Assembly (NCBI GenBank): GCA_050250375.1
Contig: JBFWOS010000002.1
Location: 901,149-965,148 of the forward strand
Reading direction: 5' to 3'
Source of the DNA: Candidatus Omnitrophota bacterium
GTDB taxonomy: Bacteria; Omnitrophota; Gorgyraeia; Zapsychrales; Zapsychraceae
DNA: 64,000 nt
Below are positions 19,225-29,095 of the stretch, in pieces. The position numbers and the translations under genes were made by a program. Every line of letters begins with the position of its first letter. Position 1 is the stretch's first letter. Under the pieces are notes generated by a model. The model did no database searches. It was not told the origin of the DNA and saw only the letters and a list, made by a program, of their open reading frames with translations.

Positions 19225-20052
19225 TTATGGCCGTTTGGGAAATTTTGAAAAGTCGGGTTTGCGTTTTTCAACAAAAGCATTTCGTCCTTCTTGACCCTCT
19301 TCACTCATATAGAACAACATTGTTGCGTTTCCGGCTAATTCCTGCAACCCGGCCTGCCCGTCACAATCGGCATTTAACGCGGCCTTCAGACACCGGATGG
19401 CTAACGGGGAGTTGGCCAGAATTTCACGGCACCATTGAACGGTTTCTTCTTCCAGTTGCGGGTACGGCACCACTTTATTGACCAGCCCCATATCCAATGC
19501 TTGCTGCGCATTGTATTGCCGGCAAAGATACCATATTTCCCTCGCCTTTTTTTGTCCGACGATGCGGGCCATATAGCTGGCGCCGTATCCCCCGTCAAAA
19601 GAACCGACTTTCGGTCCGGTCTGCCCAAAAATAGCGTTGTCCGCCGCAATGGTCAGGTCACATAATAAATGAAGAATATGTCCGCCGCCGATCGCATATC
19701 CGGCGACCATGGCAAGGATGGGTTTGGGGCATGTCCGCATCTGGCGTTGAAAATCCAATACATTCAATCTGTTCGTGCCATCCGCGTCTTTATACCCGGC
19801 ATCACCCCGGATTTTCTGGTCTCCGCCTGAACAAAAAGCCTTTTCTCCTTCTCCAGTCAGGATCACCACACCAATAACTTTATCGTCCCTGGCGTCATTT
19901 AAAGCGCGGGACATTTCATGGATCGTCTGCGGACGAAACGCGTTTCGCACCTGCGGACGATTGATCGTAATTTTTGCGATTCCTTCCGCTTTATGATATT
20001 TGATATCCTCATATATTCCGCTTTCCTGCCATTTCACATTTGAGTTGCTCAT
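19225..20052 (-). CDS. menB: 1,4-Dihydroxy-2-naphthoyl-CoA synthase (crotonase fold)
   Basis: [12 protein letters not shown] is the MenB signature. 275 aa. Confidence 0.9.
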   Translation of the reverse strand: MSNSNVKWQESGIYEDIKYHKAEGIAKITINRPQVRNAFRPQTIHEMSRALNDARDDKVIGVVILTGEGEKAFCSGGDQKIRGDAGYKDADGTNRLNVLDFQRQMRTCPKPILAMVAGYAIGGGHILHLLCDLTIAADNAIFGQTGPKVGSFDGGYGASYMARIVGQKKAREIWYLCRQYNAQQALDMGLVNKVVPYPQLEEETVQWCREILANSPLAIRCLKAALNADCDGQAGLQELAGNATMLFYMSEEGQEGRNAFVEKRKPDFSKFPKRP

Positions 20053-21806
20053 ACGTCACCTCTGATTAATGCCTTGATATGCCGGCGCAATTGTTGTTGG
20101 AAATTAAAGTTTTCTTGTTTCTCCGTCAAAATTTCTATAATGACAGACTTTTGAGATTTTACTCCTTTTAAATACGCTGATTCAAATTCAGTCATGGAAT
20201 TCGGTCGATTATATTCAAGGTCAAACAATTCAGCTGCTTTTTGAAATGTCAGCCCGTGCGGTGTTTCGAAATATTTTTTATAAACTGCTCCCGATTTGGA
20301 GACAGGAAAAAATTCAAAAATCCCTCCCCCATCGTTATTTAAGAGCACAATGACCATCGGATTAATTAGATCTTTTAACATGGAGAGCGCGTTCAAATCA
20401 TATAAGAATGACAAGTCGCCGGCAATCAGCGTCGCCCTTTTATTTGTTCCTGCGGAATAACCCGCGGCACTTGCGATTGTCCCATCAATCCCGCTGGCTC
20501 CACGATTCGCCCCGACCGAAACCGAGCCCCCTGTATGATCAGCGAACATATCCAGTTCCCGGATCGGAAGACTGCTCGCCGCGTACAGAATATGGTTTGG
20601 TGGAATCAAACGTGTCACACTCCGACAAATGCCCGGTTCCGTGATTGTTTCGGACTGCGTCAGATGCTTGTCCAGATAAACCGAAACGGATTGATCTAGT
20701 TTTTTTAATTTAGGAAGGATTGAAGGATCGGCTTTCTTCTTAAGACCCGGCAAGACAGCCCGGCAAAAATCACCGGCATGGCACTGAACCCGATGGGTAA
20801 CGCCATGCTGCGGATCATTTCGCAAAGGATGATTCAAAACCATAAGATATGTCTTCGGTTGCGTTTTTTCTAAAAGCGTATAAAATCGCTTTGATGTTAT
20901 TCGACCGCCAAAATGCAAAACCGTATCAAAATTAAACTGCAAATGATCAACAATCTGATCGTAATTAAAAATAATATGGTTTGATCGCTGTCCCAACCTG
21001 AGTCCGGATGTAATATCAGGAAAGATCGGCCAGTTTAATTTTTCCGCCAGTTTTACAATCTGATCTCGAGAGGATTCATCCGGTAATTTACCCGTCACAA
21101 TTAAACCAGCGACTGAGAGATTAATCAGATCAGTCATTTTCCAAATTTGGTCCTTTGACAATTGCCCGGATGCCCGGACGTACTCTGTAAACGGCTTGCC
21201 TGATCGGGACCAAGAATTTAAAAGTTGTTTATACGCTTTGGGTACGGATTCTTTCGATTCTGTATATAGCGGCTCGCGAAACATACAATTTAAATGAACG
21301 GGTCCCGGCCACTCACCTTTCGATCTATGAACGGCCTGGTCAACTGTGCTCAAAATAAACGTCGGTTTAATCTGTTCAGCCGGCACAGTAATGTCAAAAT
21401 TCCACCGGACATACGACCCGAAAATATTCACCTGTTCAATGGTTTGATTGGCACCTGTATGCCGCAACTCGACCGGCCGATCGGCGGTTAAAATCACCAA
21501 CGGGAGCTTTTTCTTAGATGCCTCAACAACGGCGGGCAGCAGGTTGGCAACCGCCGTTCCGGATGTGGTAATTATAGCGGCACCACCTTTTTTAGCGGCC
21601 GCATATCCCATCGCATGGTAGGCAACTGCCCGCTCATCAAAATGAACGAAACTTTTAGCGCTTTTATTCCCGGAGACCGCAAGGGTTAGCGGGGCTGAGC
21701 GCGACCCCGGCGAAATACAAAAATAATCCACTCCAAGACGAATTAATTCCTCAATCATTAAATCTGCCCAATATTGTTGCACTGCACCTTCGGACGTTTT
21801 CTTCAT
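20049..21806 (-). CDS. menD: SEPHCHC synthase (ThDP-dependent)
   Basis: 585-aa ThDP enzyme ([11 protein letters not shown]-terminus; TPP-binding [12 protein letters not shown]...NNDGGGIF). Lies between menF and menB with 4-nt overlaps. Confidence 0.85.
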   Translation of the reverse strand: MKKTSEGAVQQYWADLMIEELIRLGVDYFCISPGSRSAPLTLAVSGNKSAKSFVHFDERAVAYHAMGYAAAKKGGAAIITTSGTAVANLLPAVVEASKKKLPLVILTADRPVELRHTGANQTIEQVNIFGSYVRWNFDITVPAEQIKPTFILSTVDQAVHRSKGEWPGPVHLNCMFREPLYTESKESVPKAYKQLLNSWSRSGKPFTEYVRASGQLSKDQIWKMTDLINLSVAGLIVTGKLPDESSRDQIVKLAEKLNWPIFPDITSGLRLGQRSNHIIFNYDQIVDHLQFNFDTVLHFGGRITSKRFYTLLEKTQPKTYLMVLNHPLRNDPQHGVTHRVQCHAGDFCRAVLPGLKKKADPSILPKLKKLDQSVSVYLDKHLTQSETITEPGICRSVTRLIPPNHILYAASSLPIRELDMFADHTGGSVSVGANRGASGIDGTIASAAGYSAGTNKRATLIAGDLSFLYDLNALSMLKDLINPMVIVLLNNDGGGIFEFFPVSKSGAVYKKYFETPHGLTFQKAAELFDLEYNRPNSMTEFESAYLKGVKSQKSVIIEILTEKQENFNFQQQLRRHIKALIRGDV

Positions 21807-23179
21807 CGGTCAAAAACTTTCATAAATCGGCTGATTTTATTTTCAATCTCGTCCCATTCCTCTTGGGCCGTGGAGCCCCTGACGATACCGGCCCCGGCAA
21901 AAAGCGATAATTTGTCGTTATCAATCAATCCCGAACGGATGGCAACGGCGAATTCCATCTGGTCGTACCCGATGTAACCAACAGGTCCTGCGTACCAACC
22001 CCGGGCAAACGATTCGTTCTTTATCAAGGCGTCCACAATCCCTTCCTGCGGATATCCTGCGACGGCCGGAGTCGGATGAAGGCCCTTCAATACATCTTCC
22101 ATCCGGCAGCCCTGATTCATCACGCCTTCAAAACGTGTGATTAAATGCTGTCCGTTTTCAAGTTTAAGCAAATCCGCTTGCTGATCAAATTGATACCGGC
22201 TGCAGAAATTGTTCAGATTGGTTTTAATATACTCAACCACAAAGCTATGTTCACGTTGAAATTTGTCATCATGAAGCAATTTTCGTTCTTCCTGTTTTGT
22301 TTGGTCCGTTGAATTCCCCTTGGGGGTTGTTCCGGCAACCGCTTCCGTCCATAGATCGTTGTCGACTACTTTTATCAACCGTTCCGGCGTAGCCCCCAGA
22401 AACCCATGCTGTTTATCCGGCTGAAAACAAAAATGATAACAATTGGGGGTTTGCTCCTTCAAGAATTTAATCAGCGCGCTGGGTCTGATGCTGACATCAA
22501 ATTTAAAATCGGTTCGCCGAGCCAATACGATTTTACTCCAAGGCCCATTGAGGATATCCTCGAAGCTATTGTTCCATTGATTAAACGTCGGTTTGTCTTC
22601 GCGGGAAGTAATTCTCGGAACATCCCGGTAATTTGTCGTGGAAGAGAAATCGATTTTCTCCAGATCCCTCAAAATTCGATGAATGTGGTCGACAGAGATA
22701 TCATTGATCCCAATATTCACGGCAAAAGTATAATTCTGATCTTGCCGAATGATTTCGTACCGCGGGATCACCCAGCGATAACTTCCGTATAAATCCCACT
22801 CCTCACTCATCGAATTCACATCAAAACAAAATCCGCCGTAATAGCGCAGGTTCTGGTTATCCGAAGACAATTTCCGCTGAAGCTGAGCGAACACTTCGTG
22901 ATAATCAAAAACTCCCTGCCCGCTGATCGCATCGGCGATCAAAACACCGGCGACTTCAAACAAGCCTCCACGGTCGGACCAGTATAGTTTTTCATCGACC
23001 GATTGGTTATGCAGCCAGGTCAGTAAATCTAATTCTTCGCAGTCATATTCAAACCGGTAAACGGTTTCTAGAGTGCCGATCGCTGAAAGCATCCGCGGGA
23101 GTTGTTCAATCTGTTTCCGGATCTGTTCTTTTAGCCCTGACACTGGATGAATCTGGTTGCTTCGAAAAACGGTGATCAT
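21803..23179 (-). CDS. menF: Isochorismate synthase
   Basis: Chorismate-binding C-terminal domain (GATPERL, AGAGIV.GS...EW). 458 aa. First gene of the men operon. Confidence 0.8.
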   Translation of the reverse strand: MITVFRSNQIHPVSGLKEQIRKQIEQLPRMLSAIGTLETVYRFEYDCEELDLLTWLHNQSVDEKLYWSDRGGLFEVAGVLIADAISGQGVFDYHEVFAQLQRKLSSDNQNLRYYGGFCFDVNSMSEEWDLYGSYRWVIPRYEIIRQDQNYTFAVNIGINDISVDHIHRILRDLEKIDFSSTTNYRDVPRITSREDKPTFNQWNNSFEDILNGPWSKIVLARRTDFKFDVSIRPSALIKFLKEQTPNCYHFCFQPDKQHGFLGATPERLIKVVDNDLWTEAVAGTTPKGNSTDQTKQEERKLLHDDKFQREHSFVVEYIKTNLNNFCSRYQFDQQADLLKLENGQHLITRFEGVMNQGCRMEDVLKGLHPTPAVAGYPQEGIVDALIKNESFARGWYAGPVGYIGYDQMEFAVAIRSGLIDNDKLSLFAGAGIVRGSTAQEEWDEIENKISRFMKVFDR

Positions 23180-23910
23180 GGTTTATCACCCTGATATATC
23201 GTTGCTGCACCGAAGAGAAGCGGATTGGCTTTAACACGGATATAGCCCGCCTTTTCCATCAAGGTACAAAAAGACTGGCCGTATGGAAATTGTTCAATTG
23301 TTTGATTGAGGTATTTGTAAGCTTTATATTGACCGCTGATGAGCCATCCGAGAAAAGGAACGACCGTCCGAAGATAAAATAAATGCAGAATCCGAATCAC
23401 TTTGTTTTCCGGTAGCGAAAATTCAAGGATAAGACTCCTCCCTTTGGGCCTCAAAACACGGTGCATTTCTCTGAGAACTGTTTCCGGCTTTTCAACATTC
23501 CGGATGCCAAAGGCGATCGTTGTACAGTCGAACGATTGCCCCGGAAACGGCAATTGGTTTGCGTCACCTGTTTTCAAGATAAGCTTATTCTCAAGGCCTT
23601 TTCGGATAATTTTTTTGCGGCCGATATCCAGCATTTTCGCCGCCATATCAACTCCGACGCCTTCCTGAATATTGGGCTGACTTTGAACAAGGGTGATCAG
23701 GACATCCGCGGTCCCAGTCGCGATGTCTAATATTTTAAGCCCCGTCTGCGCGGGGACAAATGCGGATAATTTCTTACGCCAGGAAATGTCCAAACCAAGT
23801 GATAACAAACGGTTAAGTAAATCATATTTCTCCGAAATACGATTAAACATTTTCCAGGAATCTGATTTTGAATGTGTGAGTTCCTGCTCGTTTCCCATGC
23901 TCATGACCAA
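23176..23910 (-). CDS. ubiE: Demethylmenaquinone / ubiquinone C-methyltransferase
   Basis: Class I SAM methyltransferase motif LDIATGTADV. 244 aa. Overlaps the menF start by 4 nt. Confidence 0.8.
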   Translation of the reverse strand: MVMSMGNEQELTHSKSDSWKMFNRISEKYDLLNRLLSLGLDISWRKKLSAFVPAQTGLKILDIATGTADVLITLVQSQPNIQEGVGVDMAAKMLDIGRKKIIRKGLENKLILKTGDANQLPFPGQSFDCTTIAFGIRNVEKPETVLREMHRVLRPKGRSLILEFSLPENKVIRILHLFYLRTVVPFLGWLISGQYKAYKYLNQTIEQFPYGQSFCTLMEKAGYIRVKANPLLFGAATIYQGDKP

Positions 23911-24024
23911 ACCCGTAAACCTGTTGTTTTGTTAAATATGATAAAAAGAAGAAAGTTGCATACTAACATAAATCGATATTATTTTCAAAATGTTTTAATC
24001 ACAGAATTAATGAAAAGGACGGGA

Positions 24025-24963
24025 TTAGCCATGACCGGAAAGGAATTTTTCCGCTTCAAGCGCGGCCATACAACCTGTCCCGGCAGCGGTAATGGCCTGC
24101 CGGAATATCTTGTCCTGGACATCTCCGCAGGCAAAAACTCCCTTTACATTTGTCATGGTCGTTCCGGGATGTGTAACAATATATCCCGCTTCGTCGCAGG
24201 TGATTTGATCATTTAGGAATGCGGTGTTCGGAGTATGCCCGATAGCATAAAAGAGCCCTCCGGCCGGAACGATTGATTCCTGGTTGGTCTGATTGTTGAG
24301 CAGTTTTACTTGGGTTAACGCTTTCTCACCTAAAACTTCTATGAGCGTCGTATTCCACATTATCTCAATTTTCTTATTATCTCGAACCCGATTTTGCATA
24401 GCTTTGGATGCTCGCATCTGGTCCCGTCGGACACACATAATAACTTTACTGCCATATTTCGTCAGGTATGTCGCTTCTTCACAGGCCGTATCCCCACCGC
24501 CAATGACAAACAGAACTTTATTCCGGAAGACAGGCAACGCACCGTCACAGACCGCGCAGGCGGAGATTCCCTTTTGCCATAATTTATCTTCTCCCGGGAC
24601 ATGCATTCGTTTTGCTGTCGCACCTGTTGCAATAATTATTGATTTGGCTTCAATCTCTTTTGACCCGACAAATACCTTGAATGGATTTTTTCCTAACTCA
24701 ACCCTGTCAACCGTTAAGGTCTCGATTCGGGCACCACACTTGATCGATTGTTCCCTGAACCGAAGCATCAAATCCGGTCCGGAAATTCCTTCGGGAAAAC
24801 CCGGATAATTCTCAACTTCAGTGGTAGTTGTCAGTTGTCCGCCCGCGGCGACTCCTCCGGCTAACAACCCTTCAAACAATAAAGGATTTAATTGAGCCCG
24901 TCCCGAATAAATCGCGGCTGTATGCGCCGCCGGTCCAGATCCGATAATTATAATATTTTCCAT
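24025..24963 (-). CDS. trxB: Thioredoxin-disulfide reductase
   Basis: FAD motif GSGPAAHTAA, redox-active CAVCDG and NADPH motif. 312 aa. Confidence 0.9.
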   Translation of the reverse strand: MENIIIIGSGPAAHTAAIYSGRAQLNPLLFEGLLAGGVAAGGQLTTTTEVENYPGFPEGISGPDLMLRFREQSIKCGARIETLTVDRVELGKNPFKVFVGSKEIEAKSIIIATGATAKRMHVPGEDKLWQKGISACAVCDGALPVFRNKVLFVIGGGDTACEEATYLTKYGSKVIMCVRRDQMRASKAMQNRVRDNKKIEIMWNTTLIEVLGEKALTQVKLLNNQTNQESIVPAGGLFYAIGHTPNTAFLNDQITCDEAGYIVTHPGTTMTNVKGVFACGDVQDKIFRQAITAAGTGCMAALEAEKFLSGHG

Positions 24964-24964
24964 T

Positions 24965-25882
24965 TTAAATTTTATAACTGTCTAAAATTTTCAAACGGTC
25001 TTTGGGGGAAGCATTTTTTGTCTGTTCCTGGAGGATTGTGTCATAACATGGTTTGTCAGGATCGTGATAAAGCAGACCGAAATAGGTTCGATTTTCATTG
25101 GCTAATTTAAACGCATTAACCAGATCGCTGGGGTTATGCGGGACACATTCGGTTTTATCCGCAATCCGTTTATCCGGAGGAATTCCCTTGTCATGCGTCA
25201 AAAAAGAAAACCATGTAGTCGATTTATGGTCAAAGTTTAGCGGATCGAAATGCGGGCATCGTTGCGAAACATGGATAAATGAAAAGCCTTTGTGTGCATA
25301 AGCCGCTTCTAACGTACTTAAAAAATGATCAGGCATCCAGTCAGCCGTGTTGGCAACGAAAGACGCCCCGATACCAAGAACCAAACGCAAGGCCTTGATC
25401 GGCTCAAGATAAGAACCGGATGGTTGTGTGTTCGTTTTATGTCCTTTTCTGGTTGTTGGCGATGTTTGGCTTTTCGTCAAGGCATATAGCTCGTTATCGT
25501 ATAAAATAAAAACGCAGTTAAAATTCTTGTTTATACCGTGAATCAAGTGATTACCGCCAATACTGATGGCATCCCCATCCCCCGAATGGATAAACAGGTT
25601 AAGATCAGGCTTCGTCAGGGCCAACCCCAGTGCGACGGGAATAGCCCGCCCATGGATGGCATGCACCCCGTATGTATTGATATAAAACGGTGCCCGTCCG
25701 GAACATCCGATTCCCGAGATATTGACCGTGACTTGCGGTTCAACCTTCTGGTTAACCATAAACCTCTTTATTCCCATAATAATACTGAAATCCCCGCATC
25801 CGGCACACCAGCGTGGATTTTCTGTATTCAAATCCTTTACGGTGAGTGGATTACTGGCGGATTGTTCTGTCGCTGTTGTCAT
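24965..25882 (-). CDS. korB: 2-Oxoacid:ferredoxin oxidoreductase beta subunit (ThDP-binding)
   Basis: GIGCSGR and GDGD...ISIGGNH ThDP motifs. 305 aa. Confidence 0.8.
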   Translation of the reverse strand: MTTATEQSASNPLTVKDLNTENPRWCAGCGDFSIIMGIKRFMVNQKVEPQVTVNISGIGCSGRAPFYINTYGVHAIHGRAIPVALGLALTKPDLNLFIHSGDGDAISIGGNHLIHGINKNFNCVFILYDNELYALTKSQTSPTTRKGHKTNTQPSGSYLEPIKALRLVLGIGASFVANTADWMPDHFLSTLEAAYAHKGFSFIHVSQRCPHFDPLNFDHKSTTWFSFLTHDKGIPPDKRIADKTECVPHNPSDLVNAFKLANENRTYFGLLYHDPDKPCYDTILQEQTKNASPKDRLKILDSYKI

Positions 25883-25893
25883 TTCTCAATCCT

Positions 25894-27714
25894 TTATGTC
25901 TTATTTAAAATCTCTTTAATGGCATTACTGATTGTTTTAGGAGCAATCGGCCGGCCGGTGGCCCGGCAAATCATTGCCGATACGTCTACCAATGTCTTTG
26001 AGCGTAAAAACATAGCCAGCGGCGTCGCTTTATATTCGTCACCGTAAGCTTGCTCAACCGTCACAACCTTCTTGAATCGTTTGAATATGTCGTTCATCAT
26101 AAGCGGCAATGGGTAAACAATTTTAAAACAAATCCCGCCCACTTTTAAACCTTCCTTCTGACAGGCCAAAACCGCCTCGGTGATGCTGCCCAATGTGCTA
26201 CCCCAACCGATAACCAGGATATCTCCCTGCGAACACTCACCGATGAACTCCGGTTCTTTTAAGGCCCGTCTAACCGTATGAACCTTTTCATTCCGCACCG
26301 TATGGGAACGCTGGTTGGTTTTGGCGAAATAATTAACCTTGCCGGTGTGATCCGTATTCAGACCGGTTACCCTCCGCATATGACCCGGCACACCCGGATT
26401 GGATTGGTCGGAACGAACCATTTCAATATTATCCGGCAGACGATTAATGGAAAAATGCCCGAGAATTTCATCCGTAATATCATCGACTTTATCCAACGCG
26501 TATGTTTTTGGTTTCGGGATAACCTTGTAACAGTTGGCCATTTGAAAGTCGCTCATGATAAATACCGGTAAACGTAATTTTTCGGCTAAGTACCTGGCCA
26601 CCTGTGGTGCATAAAAACAATCCTTGATATTACCAACGCTGATGACAATTTTCGTATTGTCCCCATGTGGGCCGTAAATCGCCGACAATAAATCTGATTG
26701 TTCGGTTTTCGTCGGCATCCCGGTGGACGGCCCTGACCGCTGTACGTCAATAATGATGATCGGAATTTCGGCCGCCGCCGCATACCCGATAAACTCCTGT
26801 TTTAAGGACAGCCCAGGACCGGATGTTGCTGTAATCGAAGGGGTTCCTCCATAATAAGATCCGATGGCTGTTCCAATGGCGGAAATTTCATCCTCGGCCT
26901 GATGAACCATGCCTCCATAAGAAGGAAAAACTTTGGCCAGTGTATGCAAAATGGAAGACGCTGGTGTAATCGGATAACCGGAAATCAATTTTATGCCAGC
27001 ATCAATAATTCCCATACTCAAAGCCGTGTTTCCGTCGATCAGGATCTTGTCATCTGTCCCATTTGAAGCGGATTTGATTTCGAATGAAAAATCCACATTA
27101 TTCTTGGCGAACTTATGCCCTTCCTGAAACAATAAAATATTTTTCGCCAGAATTTCTTCTTTCAGTTTTTTTCCAAATGTAAAATTAATCTCCTCGAGCA
27201 TTTTTTCTTCGGGGACATTGTAAAGCGCGCTGAGCATTCCCAGATAAAACATATTTTTTCCCTTGCCGGCGAGCTCTTTTAAAATACTTCTGGCTGTATC
27301 CGTTAGATCAAAGGGAAAGATAGTCAAACCCAGTTTGCTCGCTCTTTTACAGACCATCTCGTAAGATTCTTCATTGGCCGGTTTATCGCCCATATCAAGC
27401 AATACCCGACAACTTGGATTATGTTCTTCATCATCCAGGCGACGATCCAAAACAATTTCGTGCTGGGCAATAATAATATCGGTGTTGTTACCGATGTTCT
27501 CCAGATCAAAATCGGCAACCCGGATAATAATCCCGGACAAGGCCGGCCTTGAACGTGCAGGCGGAGAAATTTCAGCCGGAATCATCGGTTCGATAAACAC
27601 ATATTTTCCGGAATGGGCAAAGGCGCTGATCAGAATATCACCCGCTTTCTGGGCTCCAAAACCAGCATCCATTAATAGTTCAAAACGTTGAATGTGATAA
27701 GTTTCTTTAGACAT
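25894..27714 (-). CDS. korA: 2-Oxoacid:ferredoxin oxidoreductase alpha subunit (fused gamma-alpha domains)
   Basis: 606 aa. An N-terminal gamma-like domain is followed by the POR/KOR alpha domain (GYPITPASS). Pairs with the adjacent beta subunit in a two-subunit OFOR architecture. Confidence 0.8.
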   Translation of the reverse strand: MSKETYHIQRFELLMDAGFGAQKAGDILISAFAHSGKYVFIEPMIPAEISPPARSRPALSGIIIRVADFDLENIGNNTDIIIAQHEIVLDRRLDDEEHNPSCRVLLDMGDKPANEESYEMVCKRASKLGLTIFPFDLTDTARSILKELAGKGKNMFYLGMLSALYNVPEEKMLEEINFTFGKKLKEEILAKNILLFQEGHKFAKNNVDFSFEIKSASNGTDDKILIDGNTALSMGIIDAGIKLISGYPITPASSILHTLAKVFPSYGGMVHQAEDEISAIGTAIGSYYGGTPSITATSGPGLSLKQEFIGYAAAAEIPIIIIDVQRSGPSTGMPTKTEQSDLLSAIYGPHGDNTKIVISVGNIKDCFYAPQVARYLAEKLRLPVFIMSDFQMANCYKVIPKPKTYALDKVDDITDEILGHFSINRLPDNIEMVRSDQSNPGVPGHMRRVTGLNTDHTGKVNYFAKTNQRSHTVRNEKVHTVRRALKEPEFIGECSQGDILVIGWGSTLGSITEAVLACQKEGLKVGGICFKIVYPLPLMMNDIFKRFKKVVTVEQAYGDEYKATPLAMFLRSKTLVDVSAMICRATGRPIAPKTISNAIKEILNKT

Positions 27715-27830
27715 TTTTCCTCAAAAATTTAAAAGTTGTTGGAACTAAATATAGTTTTCACTATATCACCTTAATCTAGCGATTCAATAAAATTTTTATA
27801 ATATTAATATATATTTTATGCATAGATAGC

Positions 27831-28937
27831 TTACGCCTTACCTCGAAGCTGAGGCCGCAATTCAGCTAATCCTTTTATCAGGTTTTTACTGACTGAATCC
27901 GGATAGGAATGGCTTGCTTCAGTACTTTCAGACTCTAGAACCTCATTGATTGAAAAGTCCGATTTGATTGTAAAACCTGCATCTTTAATCATTTGTAACG
28001 TTCGTTTTCGTTCAGATCCTTTCATATTTAAATAACCATCCAAGAACAAGGAATCCGCGGCATAAAGCCCCATAACTTCCATACTTCTTAAGTGCATTTC
28101 CCGGCCGGCAGCCATTCGAATTTCGGCTTTCGGATTAATGAACCGGTACAGACATAAGACCCGCAAACAATACTCGGGGTTTAATGACGGTTTTTGGTCT
28201 AACTTGGCTCCTGGAATCGGCATTAAAAAATTTACCGGAATAGATTCAACTTTTAACTTATTTAAAGAATAGGCAACTTCAATTACATCCTGATGGATTT
28301 CATTCATACCAACAATAACCCCTGAACAAAGTTGGATACCGGCTAGGCGAGCCGCGCTCAAGGTCATTAATCTGTCCTGATATGTGTGTGTGGTACAAAT
28401 ATTCCCATAATGTTTTTCCGACGTGTTTAGATTATGATTCAACCGATCCAGTCCGGCCGCCTTGAGCGAGTTTGCTTTTTCCTGATCCAAAAGTCCGGTC
28501 GAAACACAAATTTCCAGAGAAGGAAATTGTCCTTTAATGGTTTTAATCAAATTTGATAAACGTTCCACTCGACCGGAGGATGGACCCCGTCCGGCAAAAA
28601 CCATACAATACCGGAACGCCCCTTTTTGATATGCATTTCTGGCTTCGGCAAGAAACTCTTCATCAGACTTTAAAGGATATTCTTCAATATCAGCCTTTGA
28701 CGATTTTGCCTGGGCGCAATAGTGACAGTCTTCCGGACAGAAACCATTCTGTCCGTTATTGATAATATGAATGGTTACGGATTTTCCACGGAATTTTTGC
28801 CTTACCGCGTAAGCCGCATTTAATAAAGGCAGTATTTCAACATTGGGCGATGTCAGGATTTCAACGGCCTGTTCATTCGTGATCAGGTCGCCCTGAATAC
28901 TCTGTTTCGCAAGTTGAAAATAGTCCTCTGGATTCAT
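27831..28937 (-). CDS. bioB: Biotin synthase (radical SAM)
   Basis: GFCPEDCHYCAQA (CxxxCxxC) and LNHNLNTSEKHYGNICTTHTYQDRL...CSGVIVGMNE align with the E. coli BioB signatures [25 protein letters not shown]...CSGGIVGLGE. Confidence 0.85.
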   Translation of the reverse strand: MNPEDYFQLAKQSIQGDLITNEQAVEILTSPNVEILPLLNAAYAVRQKFRGKSVTIHIINNGQNGFCPEDCHYCAQAKSSKADIEEYPLKSDEEFLAEARNAYQKGAFRYCMVFAGRGPSSGRVERLSNLIKTIKGQFPSLEICVSTGLLDQEKANSLKAAGLDRLNHNLNTSEKHYGNICTTHTYQDRLMTLSAARLAGIQLCSGVIVGMNEIHQDVIEVAYSLNKLKVESIPVNFLMPIPGAKLDQKPSLNPEYCLRVLCLYRFINPKAEIRMAAGREMHLRSMEVMGLYAADSLFLDGYLNMKGSERKRTLQMIKDAGFTIKSDFSINEVLESESTEASHSYPDSVSKNLIKGLAELRPQLRGKA

Positions 28938-29037
28938 GAATATTCCCTTTCAAATAAACCGATATTTTAGTACAAAAAAATGAGGTTGGCAAGAAAACTA
29001 TGTTTTTGGAGGAAAAACATTAAAATGCACAAAAATG

Positions 29038-29065
29038 TGGCATTTTTATAAATATTAGGTATAAT
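29038..29065 (+). promoter_or_regulatory. Sigma70-type promoter candidate for the 610-aa ORF
   Basis: TGGCAT, a 16-nt spacer, then TATAAT at 29060-29065. A GGAG ribosome-binding site lies 8 nt before ATG 29096. Confidence 0.35.
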
Positions 29066-29095
29066 AGTACTAATTTAACACTTGGAGATTTTTAA

